A stretch of 63,443 nucleotides of DNA, the filler included, from Collodictyon triciliatum (taxonomy: Eukaryota), in assembly GCA_043381765.1 (NCBI GenBank). It is 26 parts of 26 records of this genome, joined end to end, with 100 filler letters (N's around TTAATTAATTAA, not from the genome) between each part and the next. Parts side by side here need not be neighbours in the genome. Positions count along the whole stretch, not along the records: positions 36,687 to 39,028 come from JBHJMP010009063.1; positions 39,129 to 41,470 come from JBHJMP010009064.1; positions 41,571 to 43,911 come from JBHJMP010009065.1; positions 44,012 to 46,352 come from JBHJMP010009066.1; positions 46,453 to 48,794 come from JBHJMP010009067.1; positions 48,895 to 51,233 come from JBHJMP010009070.1; 20 more parts are not named here. One strand, 5' to 3'. The notes under the pieces were generated by a model. The model saw only the letters and a list, made by a program, of their open reading frames with translations, was not told where the DNA came from and did no database searches. Every line of letters begins with the position of its first letter. Position 1 is the stretch's first letter. The position numbers and the translations under genes are program-made. Of this stretch, positions 37,199 to 49,382 are shown in pieces.

Positions 37199-37657
37199 GA
37201 GTATTTTGAAGGATTGAAAGAACTTTGAGTATATTATTAGCGCTGTTAAAGTCCCTTGTCAAGAATTCACTTCGTTTGCTTTCTGAGCGATTGCATTATT
37301 TACATATGAGACATCTATACACCTATTTTGTATTTCCTTTCAGTGTCATATATTCCAGTTCTTTTTCGCAGTTGCAACACATCTTGGTAGTTATAAATTC
37401 ATTCACACCAACTTTTTCAAAACGTTTGGATAGTATTTTTCGTAATACTCTTCCGATTGTTGGCATAAAATGTTTTATCTGACATTTTCTGCTCCAGTCT
37501 CCATACACCAATACAACATCCTTGCCAAATGTCTTTTCGATTCGGTCCATAAACAATTGTTCACTTCTTTTTGTATTAACATACCGTCTCACCTCATCTT
37601 TCGAAAAGTTACTTGTTTATAAAATCTGGAAAATTCTATCTGGAATCCTATTTTCAT
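37199..37657 (-). mobile_element. Fanzor, 5'-truncated C-terminal fragment (copy 2)
   Basis: YVNTKRSEQLFMDRIEKTFGKDVVLVYGDWS..HFMPTIGRVLRK..VNEFITTKMCCNCEKELEY..RDFNSANNIL; similarity to copies 1 and 3 stops at about 37657. Confidence 0.92.
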
Positions 37658-38732
37658 GTTGTATCGTTTAATTCATAATATTTAGTTAACGATACAACAA
37701 AGAAAAAGAAAAAGAAAAAGAAAAAGAAAAAGAAAAAGAAAAAGAAAAAGAAAAAGAAAAAGAAAAAGAAAAAGAAAAAGAAAAAGAAAAAGAAAAAGAA
37801 AAAGACAAAGACATAGAAAAAATGTAAAAACAAAAGGGAAAAAGGAAAGAAAAGGAGAAAAGGAGAAAAGGAGAAAAGAAGAAAAGGAGAAAAGGAGAAA
37901 AGAAAATATAAATGAATCAGAGCAACTAATACTGAGCACTATATTCATACTTATCCTATTACCGGCGAGTCGACAGCTAGAGCTCGCTCCGTCTTTTTTT
38001 TTTCTTTCCCTTTGTTGTCCGTTTCAAAGAGCTCGCTCCGCCTTATTAGTAGTTTGTTGTACTCACGGGTTGGTACTAGTGGCGTCTTGCTTGTCGGTGT
38101 GTCTCGGTGCATAACCTGTGTTGTGAAGGATGAGGTCAAGTGACCTTTTCGCTCTCTACGTTGGCTGCGTCGGCCTTCTCTTTTTGCGTTCGATCAGCAG
38201 GCGTTTCCATGGGGCAGGGCTGTGGCGCCGGCCTCGTCCTTCTCAGGATTTCTCTTTCCAGTTGCTTGCTTGCTTAACTTTTTTTTGGCTTCAGAATGTG
38301 TTGGGTTGGGAGAAGGAAAGAATGTCAGATTAGTTATGTTATTTTCTGGAGAATGTGTCTTTTGTCTCTCTCAGTGCGTTTATTATTTCTCAGCAAAGGA
38401 CACTTCTGATTCATTGCGTTTTCTTTTCTTTATTGTTCCTCTAAAATATGTCTCTCGCTCTGGTCACCACATTAATTCGCATTGTGAGGTTTGGGATAAA
38501 TCAACCCATGAGAAATTTCGATTCGTGTATCATATTAGTAAAAATTAACAAAACATACAAATTTATTTCACAGATTCATCTGCGGTGAATGTGATATGTA
38601 TAAAATTATAAATTATATAAATTCCAAAATAAGGTACGCGGTTCACTAATTTTCCTATTAGCGCCACGCAGCGAAAAGCACGCTTGACATCAGGCGCGGA
38701 AGAATCTGCGGGGAGTTGAAATCCATGACGGA

Positions 38733-38877
38733 AGCACAAAAGCACAAAAGCACAAAAGCACAAAAGCACAAAAGCACAAAAGCACAAAAGAACAAAAGAA
38801 CAAAAGAACAAAAGAACAAAAGAACAAAAGAACAAAAGAACAAAAGAACAAAAGAACAAAAGAACAAAAGAACAAAA
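38733..38877. repeat. Compound octamer repeat (AAAAGCAC)n-(AAAAGAAC)n
   Basis: Direct reading. Confidence 0.95.
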
Positions 38878-39128
38878 AAGACTGTATTTAAATGGTGTTT
38901 TAATTTGATTATTTTTTAATGAGCATATTTAAGAAAATCTTCCTTATCTCGCTCATGGTAAGTTGCATTTCATACTGAAATCCAGTAAAAATGGGTTCAT
39001 AGCCTAATGACGGGTCTTGGTGCGTGCTNNNNNNNNNNNNNNNNNNNNNNNNNNNNNNNNNNNNNNNNNNNNTTAATTAATTAANNNNNNNNNNNNNNNN
39101 NNNNNNNNNNNNNNNNNNNNNNNNNNNN

Positions 39129-39223
<95 letters not shown>

Positions 39224-39659
39224 GACCGCAATACCTTCTAGGTATGCCATGCGAAAACTTATCTCTCCCCTATCGCATTGGCGCTAATGTACACTTACTT
39301 GGAAAAAAGTTTGTACCTGTACCAACTAATTAAATGGAATAAATAATATGCATTTGAATTTATGGTATGATACTTACGAGCCAATATCTTAATTGATAAT
39401 ATCTACGTGTAGAACCAGGTATGCTCAGCATATTGGCAAACTTGATTCGTACAAAGACTCTTGAGTGGGAATGGCTTAGCTTATCATTTTACATTCACTT
39501 TTGTAAAGATAGAAAATTGCAAGTATGTTTATACATATTCCTCATATATATGACAGACCCATTCGTAAACTAGGTTCACACCAATCCAATATCTCCTTAG
39601 AAACTTACAATGATCATAGAACCGAGCACTTCATATCGGTTGGTCTCTTGTTTCTATAG

Positions 39660-41072
39660 GAGCAATTTCATCACAACAATGCATCAGAAGACCAATATAT
39701 AATATTCGAGATGGGAATATCCCTATACAGTTTTTAGGTTTTATCTCGTTCCTCATTCCATATTTTCCTCCAGTATTTCGGTTCGATGATGAAGGCATCC
39801 GCATACCTGAGAAACTAATCAATGTCCATTCGATACTATCAGGCCCTGATGAGATTAAGAATAGGGAGGCCGAACGCATTGATTCACAAGCAGACCATAC
39901 ATCCAGATGCCAAACTCCGAACGAAAAGAATCGACACTTGTTAAAAAATTTTCATCCCAGTATTTTGATGCTTTATCATTTATTTATTTATTTTTTAAAA
40001 AAAGGCCATATACTTTCAATATGGTATGAACTTTAGACTTTTGTCACAAATTTAATAAGAAACACAATTTAAATCATTCTCTCTAAAATTCAGCTCAGGT
40101 GTCTGAGAACAGCGGCTGTGTCATGGAAGGATGCTTCTCTCTGCCTCCGCAAGCCCTAGAGGACACGCAACGAAGGTTTTTCTTAACGATTAAAGGATGG
40201 ACATCAAAACCATCCACCTTATCTTTGCTGGCATATCAATGGTTTGATGGAACTGACGAAGAAGGTTTTTTTTTCCCTCCTTGCTTTAGAAACCATTTGA
40301 TAATATCTATTAATAGCCTACAGTATGTTACATACATTTTCTCGTTATTGCACACAGAAATTCAATGAACGTCTACTTTAGATTAATAGCGTATTGCATC
40401 ATATAATTGAGATGCACTAAATACCCCGTTTCATTTACAGGTTCTTTGTGGGCTATCCCACACAAATTTGTGACGCAAGAAATACGACGGATAGGAAATG
40501 TCAGTCCTAAAACCCCATTTCGGTACGAGTTTATCGTCCAACTAACGCTCCCTTCCGTGGACAATTCGAAAGGCGCTTATCTTCCACACCACACGATTCA
40601 CTTTCTCCTCGGACGAAGTGAGAACGGCTTCCTCGTAGTTGGTGACATCCAGTGGGGACCTGAGCCTCGTTCTGCTATCCAACATCACAATATTCAACAA
40701 CAGATACATTCACTGACACACATAATATCCGGTGTATCCCACAACCACGATTCAAGCGTTATGACAAATCGCACAAGTTTCCCATCCTCGGGTATTAGGG
40801 CCATCCTCCGCTTTCAACGGGCAAAGCGTGTGACAAACACATCTCTTCACAGTGAAGAACTCTCTCTAGAAGACATCTCAGAGAGTCTCTTTGATGAAAT
40901 AGAGGAGACCGTTCTGGCCTCGGATTATCCCTCTCCAACACTTGAAATCGCCACCACATATCAATATTCTTTTGAATTGACAGATGAATGTGTGGTTGAT
41001 GCGCTCGGAATCGTAGACGTACCGGAATTGCCCATTCCTTATGCTGTCTCCTTGTTGCATCCACCTCATTAA
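39660..41072 (+). CDS. Hypothetical multi-exon protein, 3' part
   Basis: GT-AG bounded open exons at about 39660-39737, 39774-39939 and 40099-40264, then a 221-codon terminal exon; no family recognised. Confidence 0.5.
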
Positions 41073-41284
41073 CGACATTTGCTCTTCAACATCTTCAACC
41101 TGTTTGTTCTTAAATGTTACGCCATAATAAATTACTACGAATTGACATGCAAGTAATCGAATTACCGATTCCATTAATTATTATTATTTATTTTTTTAAC
41201 GTTTGGGGCGCTGGGAAGGAAATCAAAATTCCGTTTTCCTTTTAATTGTGTTTCGATGATGATTTATGGTCTTCCTTTGGTTCT

Positions 41285-41470
41285 CTAGCCATCGTTTGCA
41301 TGGACGCTACTTGGTGGCCGGGTGGCGGAGAAGTAGTCGGTACTCAGGAATTGCATCCTGCGGTTTGGCCTGTAGCCTGGGTCTTGTGCTTGCATGAGAG
41401 ATACAAGGCGAGGTTTAATATCTTTCTCAGCTTCTTTCCACATGTCTCTTCTCACAGGGTCGAAGTAGTA
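41285..41470 (-). mobile_element. Possible C-terminal end of another LINE ORF2
   Basis: GC-richer open frame from the contig edge YYFDPVRRDMWKEAE..MQFLSTDYFSATRPPSSVHANDG*; its end resembles the family A terminus (QLAITDFFP). Confidence 0.3.
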
Positions 41471-41578
41471 NNNNNNNNNNNNNNNNNNNNNNNNNNNNNN
41501 NNNNNNNNNNNNNNTTAATTAATTAANNNNNNNNNNNNNNNNNNNNNNNNNNNNNNNNNNNNNNNNNNNNAAAAAAAA

Positions 41579-41662
<84 letters not shown>

Positions 41663-41667
41663 CCTTC

Positions 41668-41696
41668 CTTTGAATCGAATAAAGGGGAAAAAAAAA
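41668..41696 (+). mobile_element. Minimal LINE 3' end (family A)
   Basis: CTTTGAATCGAATAAAGGGG followed by an A-tract. Confidence 0.7.
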
Positions 41697-41739
41697 CAAC
41701 AAAGCAGTGACACTTCTGAGGAATACTGATAATGGATTA

Positions 41740-42650
41740 CCTTGGTAAACTGAAACTCGTTCGTCAAAACACCTATTTGCATCATTTTTTACATAAAAAA
41801 GGTAACAGATAAATTCTTATTCGTAATGGAAAAAAATTTCAATGAGTTATCATGTTTGATCTTTCGTTTTAAGTGATTAGGGAGAAAAAAACCTTTCCAC
41901 AAAGAGTACACGCCGTCATAGATATGATTCAGCTGCAAGAAAGAAATGATGAAGTAGAAAGTGACAAACATGATATGCTTGCAGCTTCGATTCGTCGTTG
42001 CTTGGGCAGCCACCCCTTTTAATAATTATTTTAGAAAAATGACACAAATGTACGCGTGCTAGGTACGCCAGCATTTGATTATTATAACTTGCAATTATAG
42101 AGTCCTGCACAAAAGTTGAAAGGAAGAATAAAAAAAAACTTGCAATTATAGAGAGCAACCTGAACCGACCACGGCTGTAATGATTGTTCTATTACAGATA
42201 ATCATACACGACAAAACAAACCTGAATGATAATAAGGTTGGATATTTTCATAACCTCGCTACACTTTGAATCGAATAAAGGAAAAAAAAAGTTGGATATT
42301 TTTTATAGAAGGGATATTATGATTGGAGAGGTTTGAAAATAGAAGAAAATAACTAATCAACTAATAAGATGCTGACCAGAAAAGTTCGTCGGCCTCATAA
42401 AACTCCTGGATAACTAGAGCATCGGTCAAAAGATCAGCAAAGGTCAGCAACATACCACGGATCAGATTGAAGCGCTCCAGTTTCGTCAGGGGCTTCGCCT
42501 GGTCCTTGAGTCGGAATGACGCATGCGAGAAGGCAAATGCTTCGCTGCTCATCTTCTCTCTCAAACTCGCCAAGGAATTCGGATGATTCATCTCAAAATG
42601 ATGTGGGAAACTAAAAGATGCACCATGGTCAGATCGGCCTCGCAAAGCTC
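41740..42650 (-). CDS. Multi-pass membrane protein (XK-related-like N-terminal helix pair), partial
   Basis: RGMLLTFADLLTDALVIQEFYEAD followed by further hydrophobic exons; family assignment is weak. Confidence 0.4.
42249..42290 (+). mobile_element. 5'-truncated LINE 3' end (family A), intronic
   Basis: CATAACCTCGCTACACTTTGAATCGAATAAAGG-A9; perfect 12-bp TSD GTTGGATATTTT at 42237-42248 and 42291-42302. Confidence 0.9.
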
Positions 42651-43254
42651 ATAGGTATTGAGCAAATGTAGTTGAACACTCTTTGAATTCAAACAAAGTG
42701 TCGCCCGTGAGACTGATAAAGCTTACTATTTTTTTTTAACATCATTTACAAAGTTGTGAGAATAAAGTAAGTCTAAGTTCAGGGCAGCATCTTTGAATAG
42801 TACAAAGGAAAAAAAATAGTTCAGGGCGGCGTGGAAGGAATACATGACCGTGAGGCAGATCACTTTTGTGGCGGTGGGTCTTTGATGGATACGTGCTCGC
42901 TAGTGTTGGTGCTACAACAACCCGCGCTCGTGTTTGCAAGTACGCGCCCAGGCCAAAGGGACAATGACAGTTTGTATGTGGCCTCTGCGTTACCCACAAG
43001 TGACACATGGTTTGCTGCCTCTTCCAAGAGAAATAGAAGGGATAGGTCACAACAAATGTTGATTCTGCAATGTTGTGTGCGGGTTGAGGTCGACATTCTT
43101 TAAGGCAACCAAGCTTATAAGGCCATTCAAAATATAAACATGGACGGATTAGGCTGTCTTTTTTTGGAAGAGACGAGGGTGCAGTGAGATGCATGAGTAA
43201 AGAATTATCCTAACCCACGGAGGGTGGTAGTCCAGCGATGCGGACATCACCCAC

Positions 43255-43432
43255 CTTCTTTTCCCCCTTTTTCGATTCAAAGTGCAGCGAGTTTATGCCA
43301 TACAAAGGGGCAAGATAGGTGCGCAGGTAGAGAGCAAACGCGAGTAAGAGAAGACACTACTGTGGAGAGGCTAGCGCTGGAAAGAAATCAGTGATAGCGA
43401 GCTGGTCAGGTGGGCGTCCCAACTGGTTTGAT
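43255..43432 (-). mobile_element. 5'-truncated LINE 3' end (family A)
   Basis: Links the short tail copies to the long copies; TSD GGA(C/T)ATCACCCAC at 43242-43254 and 43433-43445. Confidence 0.9.
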
Positions 43433-43749
43433 GGATATCACCCACTTTATCCCGGGCCTAGGCCCTTCGCCCTCGTGTGGCTCGTATCCTATGAGAACAC
43501 TAGCGACAATAATCCTATCACATAGATTTCTTGCTAGTTATGTGGATGATATTGCGAGCTTTACGGCTATCTTAAATGGATCCTTGTATTTTGTCATGGA
43601 GTTTACAGACTGAGAGCTATAAGAATAATATATAATATAATATAATAATATATAATATAATATAATATAATATAATATAATATAATATAATATAATATAA
43701 TATAATATAAAATAAAATAAAATAAAATAAAAAATAAAAAAAATAAAAA

Positions 43750-43911
43750 ATCTCCCACAGCACATCCAACCCCTGCTACCCACGCAACCAATCAACCGGT
43801 TGGGCCGTCCACCTGACCAGCTCGCTATCACTGATTTCTTTCCAGTGCTACCCTCTCCACGGTAGTGTCTTCTCCTACTCGCGTTTGCTCTCTCCCATGC
43901 GCTCCCATCCC
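43750..43911 (+). mobile_element. LINE 3'-end fragment (family A), long copy cut by the contig end
   Basis: Reverse complement of about 16842-17004; encodes LPQHIQPLLPTQPINRLGRPPDQLAITDFFPVLPSPR*. Confidence 0.88.
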
Positions 43912-44326
43912 NNNNNNNNNNNNNNNNNNNNNNNNNNNNNNNNNNNNNNNNNNNNTTAATTAATTAANNNNNNNNNNNNNNNNNNNNNNNNNNNNNNNNN
44001 NNNNNNNNNNNTAACCTTTTTATTTTGTTATATTTTGTTATATTTTGTTATATTTTGTTATATTTTGTTATATTTTGTTATATTTTGTTATATTTTGTTA
44101 TATTTTGTTATATTTTGTTTTATTTTGTTTTATTTTGTTTTATTTTGTTTTATTTTGTTTTATTTTGTTTTATTTTGTTTTATTTTGTTTTATTTTGTTT
44201 TATTTTGTTTTTTCTGTCTAAATGAAAACCAAAACCAGAAATTAGTGTCTATCAAACTCATGTTTTATACAAGACAAACAGTCATTTGCAATTATAATGT
44301 GGAATTGACCCGTAGATATTAAATAG

Positions 44327-46152
44327 GCTTTTACATTTCCAACGAGCAATATCGATATATTCACAAACTTATCGCTGACCTATCCCAAACGAATCACGTC
44401 GATGAAGTACACAAAGACAATAATTTCGTCCTCGAACCTCAATACTCACATTTATATGTCTTTTAGCTCTTATTTTATTTTGGTGCTTATGTCGATATTA
44501 TTAAGAATTCAAATTTAAATAAGATCACTGTTATTACCAGTCCCTTATGTATTTTTTTTTCAGAATTCGAAGAGAAAATATTAAAAGATATTTCCATCAT
44601 CACAAAAAAATCAACACATCATAGGCTGTGGATATTCCTTATCGCCTTTATAGGACACGGGTACCTCCAAACTCGATGACGCTGAACATTCTGCTGACAA
44701 AAATTATGCATACTTCGAATTTTCAACAAAAGCATTTCCAAAAAGCAATTGAATTGCTTGGGAGATTTCAACTGGCCCCGGATATCAGATTGGTAAATAC
44801 AATCTTGAGTGCATATGCAAGGTTATTCTATATTTCGTTCAATAAATCATATCTTAATTGGTATTGAGTCAATAACTTTCTAATTTGTTATTATATTCGC
44901 CTAAAGATTTGGTTTGAAGAATCAAATTCTAAGTATGCGTGAATTTATGTTCAAATGGGTAGGTATTTTGGCAATATTCTCAAATATTGTAGTTACCATA
45001 TAAATGATCTTCTAAAATATTTTTAGAAAGGCTATCTAAAATACCATGTTATACAGGGTATAAAACCAACTAGCGTAACACTATGTTCATTCATCGGTGC
45101 GATGAATGTAAAAAATAAACAAGAAATATATGCAATTCTTGAGGTGCGTTTAGTGACGTATTTCATGATTACATTTTAAATTTTAAAAAAAAATGGGAAA
45201 CATAAGTAAGCAATATCAATTTTCATTTGAATTTATCAAATTAGTAATTATTTACATCAACTTCTTTTCTCTTTTCTCTTTTCTCTTTTCTCTTTTATCT
45301 TTTATCTTTTATCTTTTATCTTTTATCTTTTATCTTTTATCTTTTATCTTTTATCTTTTATCTTTTATCTTTTACTCTCAAAAATACAGGAGACTATATC
45401 ACAAAAATATGAAGATCCATTCATGGTTTTCAATAAAGCTCTTCACGTATTTTCTCAAGCAAATGCTGGAGATGATGTAGAGAGAGTACTATCTATGATG
45501 AAGGAGCATAAAATTCCTCCTCATATTTCCACTTTCTCTATTTTGATTCGATCGTGTCAAATGAATGGGGACTATGTAAAGGTAATTGTTTTGTTTATTT
45601 ATTCTTTATTATATGGAAAAACACTTCCTGAAAAGAAAAGAACTTACTAATCATTCTTCTTACCATAGGCTATGGAGTATTACAACCAAGTTAAATCCCT
45701 TGGGCTGATACCAAATTCTGGACTTTACAGTTCACTTATCCCAGTTTTATTGGCGAATCATCGATCTCATGAAGCCATTTCAATTCTTGATGAGATGCAG
45801 AAAGTCGATGTTATGATTGATGAGGCTGCAGTAATGCCAATATTAAAATACATGGATGAGGTATTAATTATATCCAGTTCTAAGAAAATACTCTAAAGGC
45901 ATGCAATAATTGGAATACAAAATGAATCCTCTTCCCACCTGAATGTTATGATTCTTTGTTTATTCTCCTTATTTGGATCATCCCGACAGAATAGGAAATG
46001 TCATGATGCTTTGGACTTTTATCGCCTTGTCAAGGAAAAATACGGGCTTAAGCCAACCAAGAATATAATTAATATAATGATCGAAATTATTAGCGTCATG
46101 GGGTCCTCTCATTTACTGGATCACTTTACAGAAGAAATGATCGAATATAATG
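44327..46152 (+). CDS. Pentatricopeptide-repeat (PPR) protein, internal fragment
   Basis: Helical repeats of about 35 aa: VPPNSMTLNILL, LAPDIRLVNTILSAYAR, GIKPTSVTLCSFI, IPPHISTFSILIRSC, GLIPNSGLYSSLI, GLKPTKNIINIMI. Confidence 0.88.
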
Positions 46153-46784
46153 TTAGAGCAATATAATTTCATATAATACGACTACTGAGTTATTATTGTT
46201 GTTGTTATTATTGTTGTTATTATTGTTGTTATTATTATTGTTGTTATTATTATTGTTGTTATTATTATTGTTGTTATTATTATTGTTGTTATTATTATTG
46301 TTGTTATTATTATTGTTGTTATTATTATTGTTGTTATTATTATTGTTGTTATNNNNNNNNNNNNNNNNNNNNNNNNNNNNNNNNNNNNNNNNNNNNTTAA
46401 TTAATTAANNNNNNNNNNNNNNNNNNNNNNNNNNNNNNNNNNNNNNNNNNNNTTCTCTTCTCTTCTCTTTTCTCTTCTCTTCTCTTTTCTCTTCTCTTCT
46501 CTTTTCTCTTCTCTTCTCTTTTCTCTTCTCTTCTCTTTTCTCTTCTCTTCTCTCTTCTCTTTTCTCTTCTCTTTTCTCTTCTCTTCTCTCTTCTCTTCTC
46601 TTCTTTTCTTTTCTCTTCTCTTCTTTTCTGTCAAATTTTCTACATCATTTTCCTTTTCATTTAATTATGTTTTGCCATAGTCTTACTTTTTACTACTTTG
46701 CTGTTCCCTTTAGAAAAAGACTTGATATGTATGTCAATACTCACCGAGGTTCTGCCAATTCGTTAATTGTTGAATCCCTGTTAG

Positions 46785-48043
46785 GTGGACAGACATCCCA
46801 CTGACAGAGAAGGGTATCCAAGAGGCTTTAGATGGAGGACGAGTCATTAAGGACATTCCCATCGATGTCGCCTTTGTCTCAGTATTGGATTTAATAACAT
46901 TATAATCATCAGTCATATACACAAATGCATATATTTACCAACATTCGCTGCTATTTATACCGAGGATTGAATGGAATTCTTGTTCGACAGAACCTTGTGC
47001 GGTCACAGATGACCGCGATGCTAGTTCTATCTGTTCATTCATCACAAAGGACTCCAGTTTTTTACAACCTCGCAAACTACAACCACGAGCGGTACAATGG
47101 AATCTTTGGGAGCGAGTATATAAACATTCAAACTTGATTCACTTTTTTTATACTTTTTTTCACTTTTTTTTGGGCTATTTTCTACTCTGGTCTTCCCATG
47201 TTATCTTTCCTTGGTTTAGTCTTATGGAATGTATGTTTCGATGAAATTATTGCATTTCTCTCACTTAATGATGCATGTTGGACACAGGACTATTGCAGAT
47301 ACAATTCCTGTTTTTTGCTCCACTCTGATTAATGAACGACACTATGGACGGCTGCAAGGTTAAAAGACTCTGATAGAAATACATTATTTGAACACCAATT
47401 TTGGATTTATGTATTTGTATTTAATTTTTCATTATATGCATTTGATACAACTGTTTACCTATCATGGGTTTGTATTGCAGGTGTTCCTCGTGATGAACTT
47501 CGAAAACTTTACACCGAAGAGCAACTGCGGTCGTGGAGATACAGCTACGACAACCCTCCGCCAGATGGGGAGAGTTTTGAGATGGTTAGATAATAATATC
47601 CCTTCGAGTCATTACTTGAAAAAAGAACGATGTGAAAAAGAAGAAAAGAAAAGGAAGAAGAAAAAAAGAGAGAGAGGAAAGGAATACGAGAATATGATTC
47701 AAGCAGAGAAGGGGCTCTCTGTACTTCTCGTTTCTTCATTATAACAACTGTGAATGCAAGGTGCAATTGAAATTTAATCTTGGGAGGTTTGATTTTGATT
47801 TAGGTTTCGAAACGAACGGGTCAGTTCATCAAGGAACATGTAATTCCACTAGTTGAGAAAGGGTACAACGTGGTTCTGTCAGGCCATGGCACAGCAAACC
47901 GCACCATTTTGATGCACCTTGAGCAGCGGCCAGTGACAGAGGAACTATTGCATCAGGCGATGGAAACAGGAGTCCCGCACGTTTTTGAGTATGTTGGGGG
48001 CGGGTTGTTTAAGCGTGCGGAAGCTGCGCACGAAGGCCTGTAA
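46785..48043 (+). CDS. gpmA: 2,3-bisphosphoglycerate-dependent phosphoglycerate mutase (histidine phosphatase fold), 5'-partial
   Basis: WTDIPLTEKGIQEA..IDVAF / NLVRSQMTAML / INERHYGRLQG / WRYSYDNPPPDGESFEM / NVVLSGHGTANR..METGVPHVF..*; TAA at 48041-48043. Confidence 0.88.
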
Positions 48044-48298
48044 ACCCGCAGCAGGTGGCGGATGAGAGGGGAAGCAGGCTTCGGTGCCGTTTAATAAAAC
48101 GCGGACAGAATATATAACAAAGACATATTTGAAGCCACTCCACAAATTTACTGGACAATAGCGAAGGGAGCGCACATTTCGGCGTAAAATCCACATTTGA
48201 TTATCGTATATGGACATAGATTCCATCCGAATGTGGGGGGTGGGCACCACAGATTGCACTGTCATATATGGCTGGTGGGTGCTGTGGTCTGGGAGAGG

Positions 48299-48370
48299 GC
48301 GGAATCCCGGGCGGAATTCCCGGCTTGATATGTTTCGGCCGCGATCACGCAGCAGTGATGATCACGTGAT
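48299..48370. promoter_or_regulatory. GC-rich putative promoter upstream of HisG with a palindromic E-box-like site
   Basis: Tandem GCGGAAT(T)CCCGG at 48299-48323 and ATCACGTGAT at 48361-48370, about 75 bp before the ATG. Confidence 0.3.
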
Positions 48371-48443
48371 GGAGATGCGCGCGAGAGCGTCTGCGACACA
48401 CACAGAGGACGAGTCTGACCCGACACCGCAAACAGCGTGCGCC

Positions 48444-48536
48444 ATGTCGTCCAACCTGGATCTCTTCGACTCGCCGGAGCACCCGACCGTCCGCCTGGCT
48501 CTGCCCAAGGGCCGCATGCAGGACAACGTCTTCAAG
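48444..48536 (+). CDS. hisG: ATP phosphoribosyltransferase, first exon
   Basis: MSSNLDLFDSPEHPTVRLALPKGRMQDNVFK followed by a GT donor; LALPKGR is the HisG N-terminal signature. Confidence 0.75.
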
Positions 48537-49382
48537 GTAGGGGCTGCCCTGCTCTTCTTTCTCTCATTTCTCTTCTCTTCTCTTCTCTTCTCTTCTCTTC
48601 TCTTCTCTTCTCTTCTCTTCTCTTCTCTTCTCTTCTCTTCTCTTCTCTTCTCTTCTCTTCTCTTCTCTTCTCTTCTTTCCTCTTTTTCCTCTTTTTTCTT
48701 TCTCTCTCTTCTCTTCTCTTCTTTTCTTTTCTCTTCTCTTCTCTTCTCTTCTCTTCTCTTCTCTTCTCTTCTCTTCTCTTCTCTTCTCTTCTCTNNNNNN
48801 NNNNNNNNNNNNNNNNNNNNNNNNNNNNNNNNNNNNNNTTAATTAATTAANNNNNNNNNNNNNNNNNNNNNNNNNNNNNNNNNNNNNNNNNNNNACAAAA
48901 AACAAAAAACAAAAAACAAAAAACAAAAAACAAAAAACAAAAAACAAAAAACAAAAAACAAAAAACAAAAAACAAAAAACAAAAAACAACCATAGATACC
49001 CACCCACAATGAACGCGTAGCGAGGTGTATACCATTCATGCGCATTTACTCATCGCATGGAACCATGCAACGAGTTTCGATTATTTACATAACGCGGCGA
49101 ATATGAGGATTTTTTTTCTTTAAAAAAAAGGACAGAGTAAACAGCAACAAGACAGCTTGATGAATAAAGCGCATCGAAGTAACGAGAAGGATAAAATCTC
49201 ATCCAAGCTTTTAAATAGTCATTAATTCTTATCAGTCCAATTTTTTTCTATTTTTTTATGTTCAGGCAAAGTCCATTTTTATTCCGCCTCGCTTTATCAA
49301 TCATGATGTTTTTTTTTTTTTGTTTCATATAACTTGTTGCATTTTGACATGAAAGATTCACATTGTCAAATAGATGGGCAGA

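Noticed and set aside
31702-39028. Apparent cluster Fanzor - ankyrin - Fanzor next to NAP1
   Set aside because: These lie on separate contigs joined by linkers, so adjacency carries no biological information.
37950-39028. Minus-strand exon-like pieces upstream of Fanzor copy 2, including J-domain-like PDVKRAFR, as a possible partner transposase
   Set aside because: No DDE, HUH, serine- or tyrosine-recombinase motif, and no similar sequence beside the other two copies.
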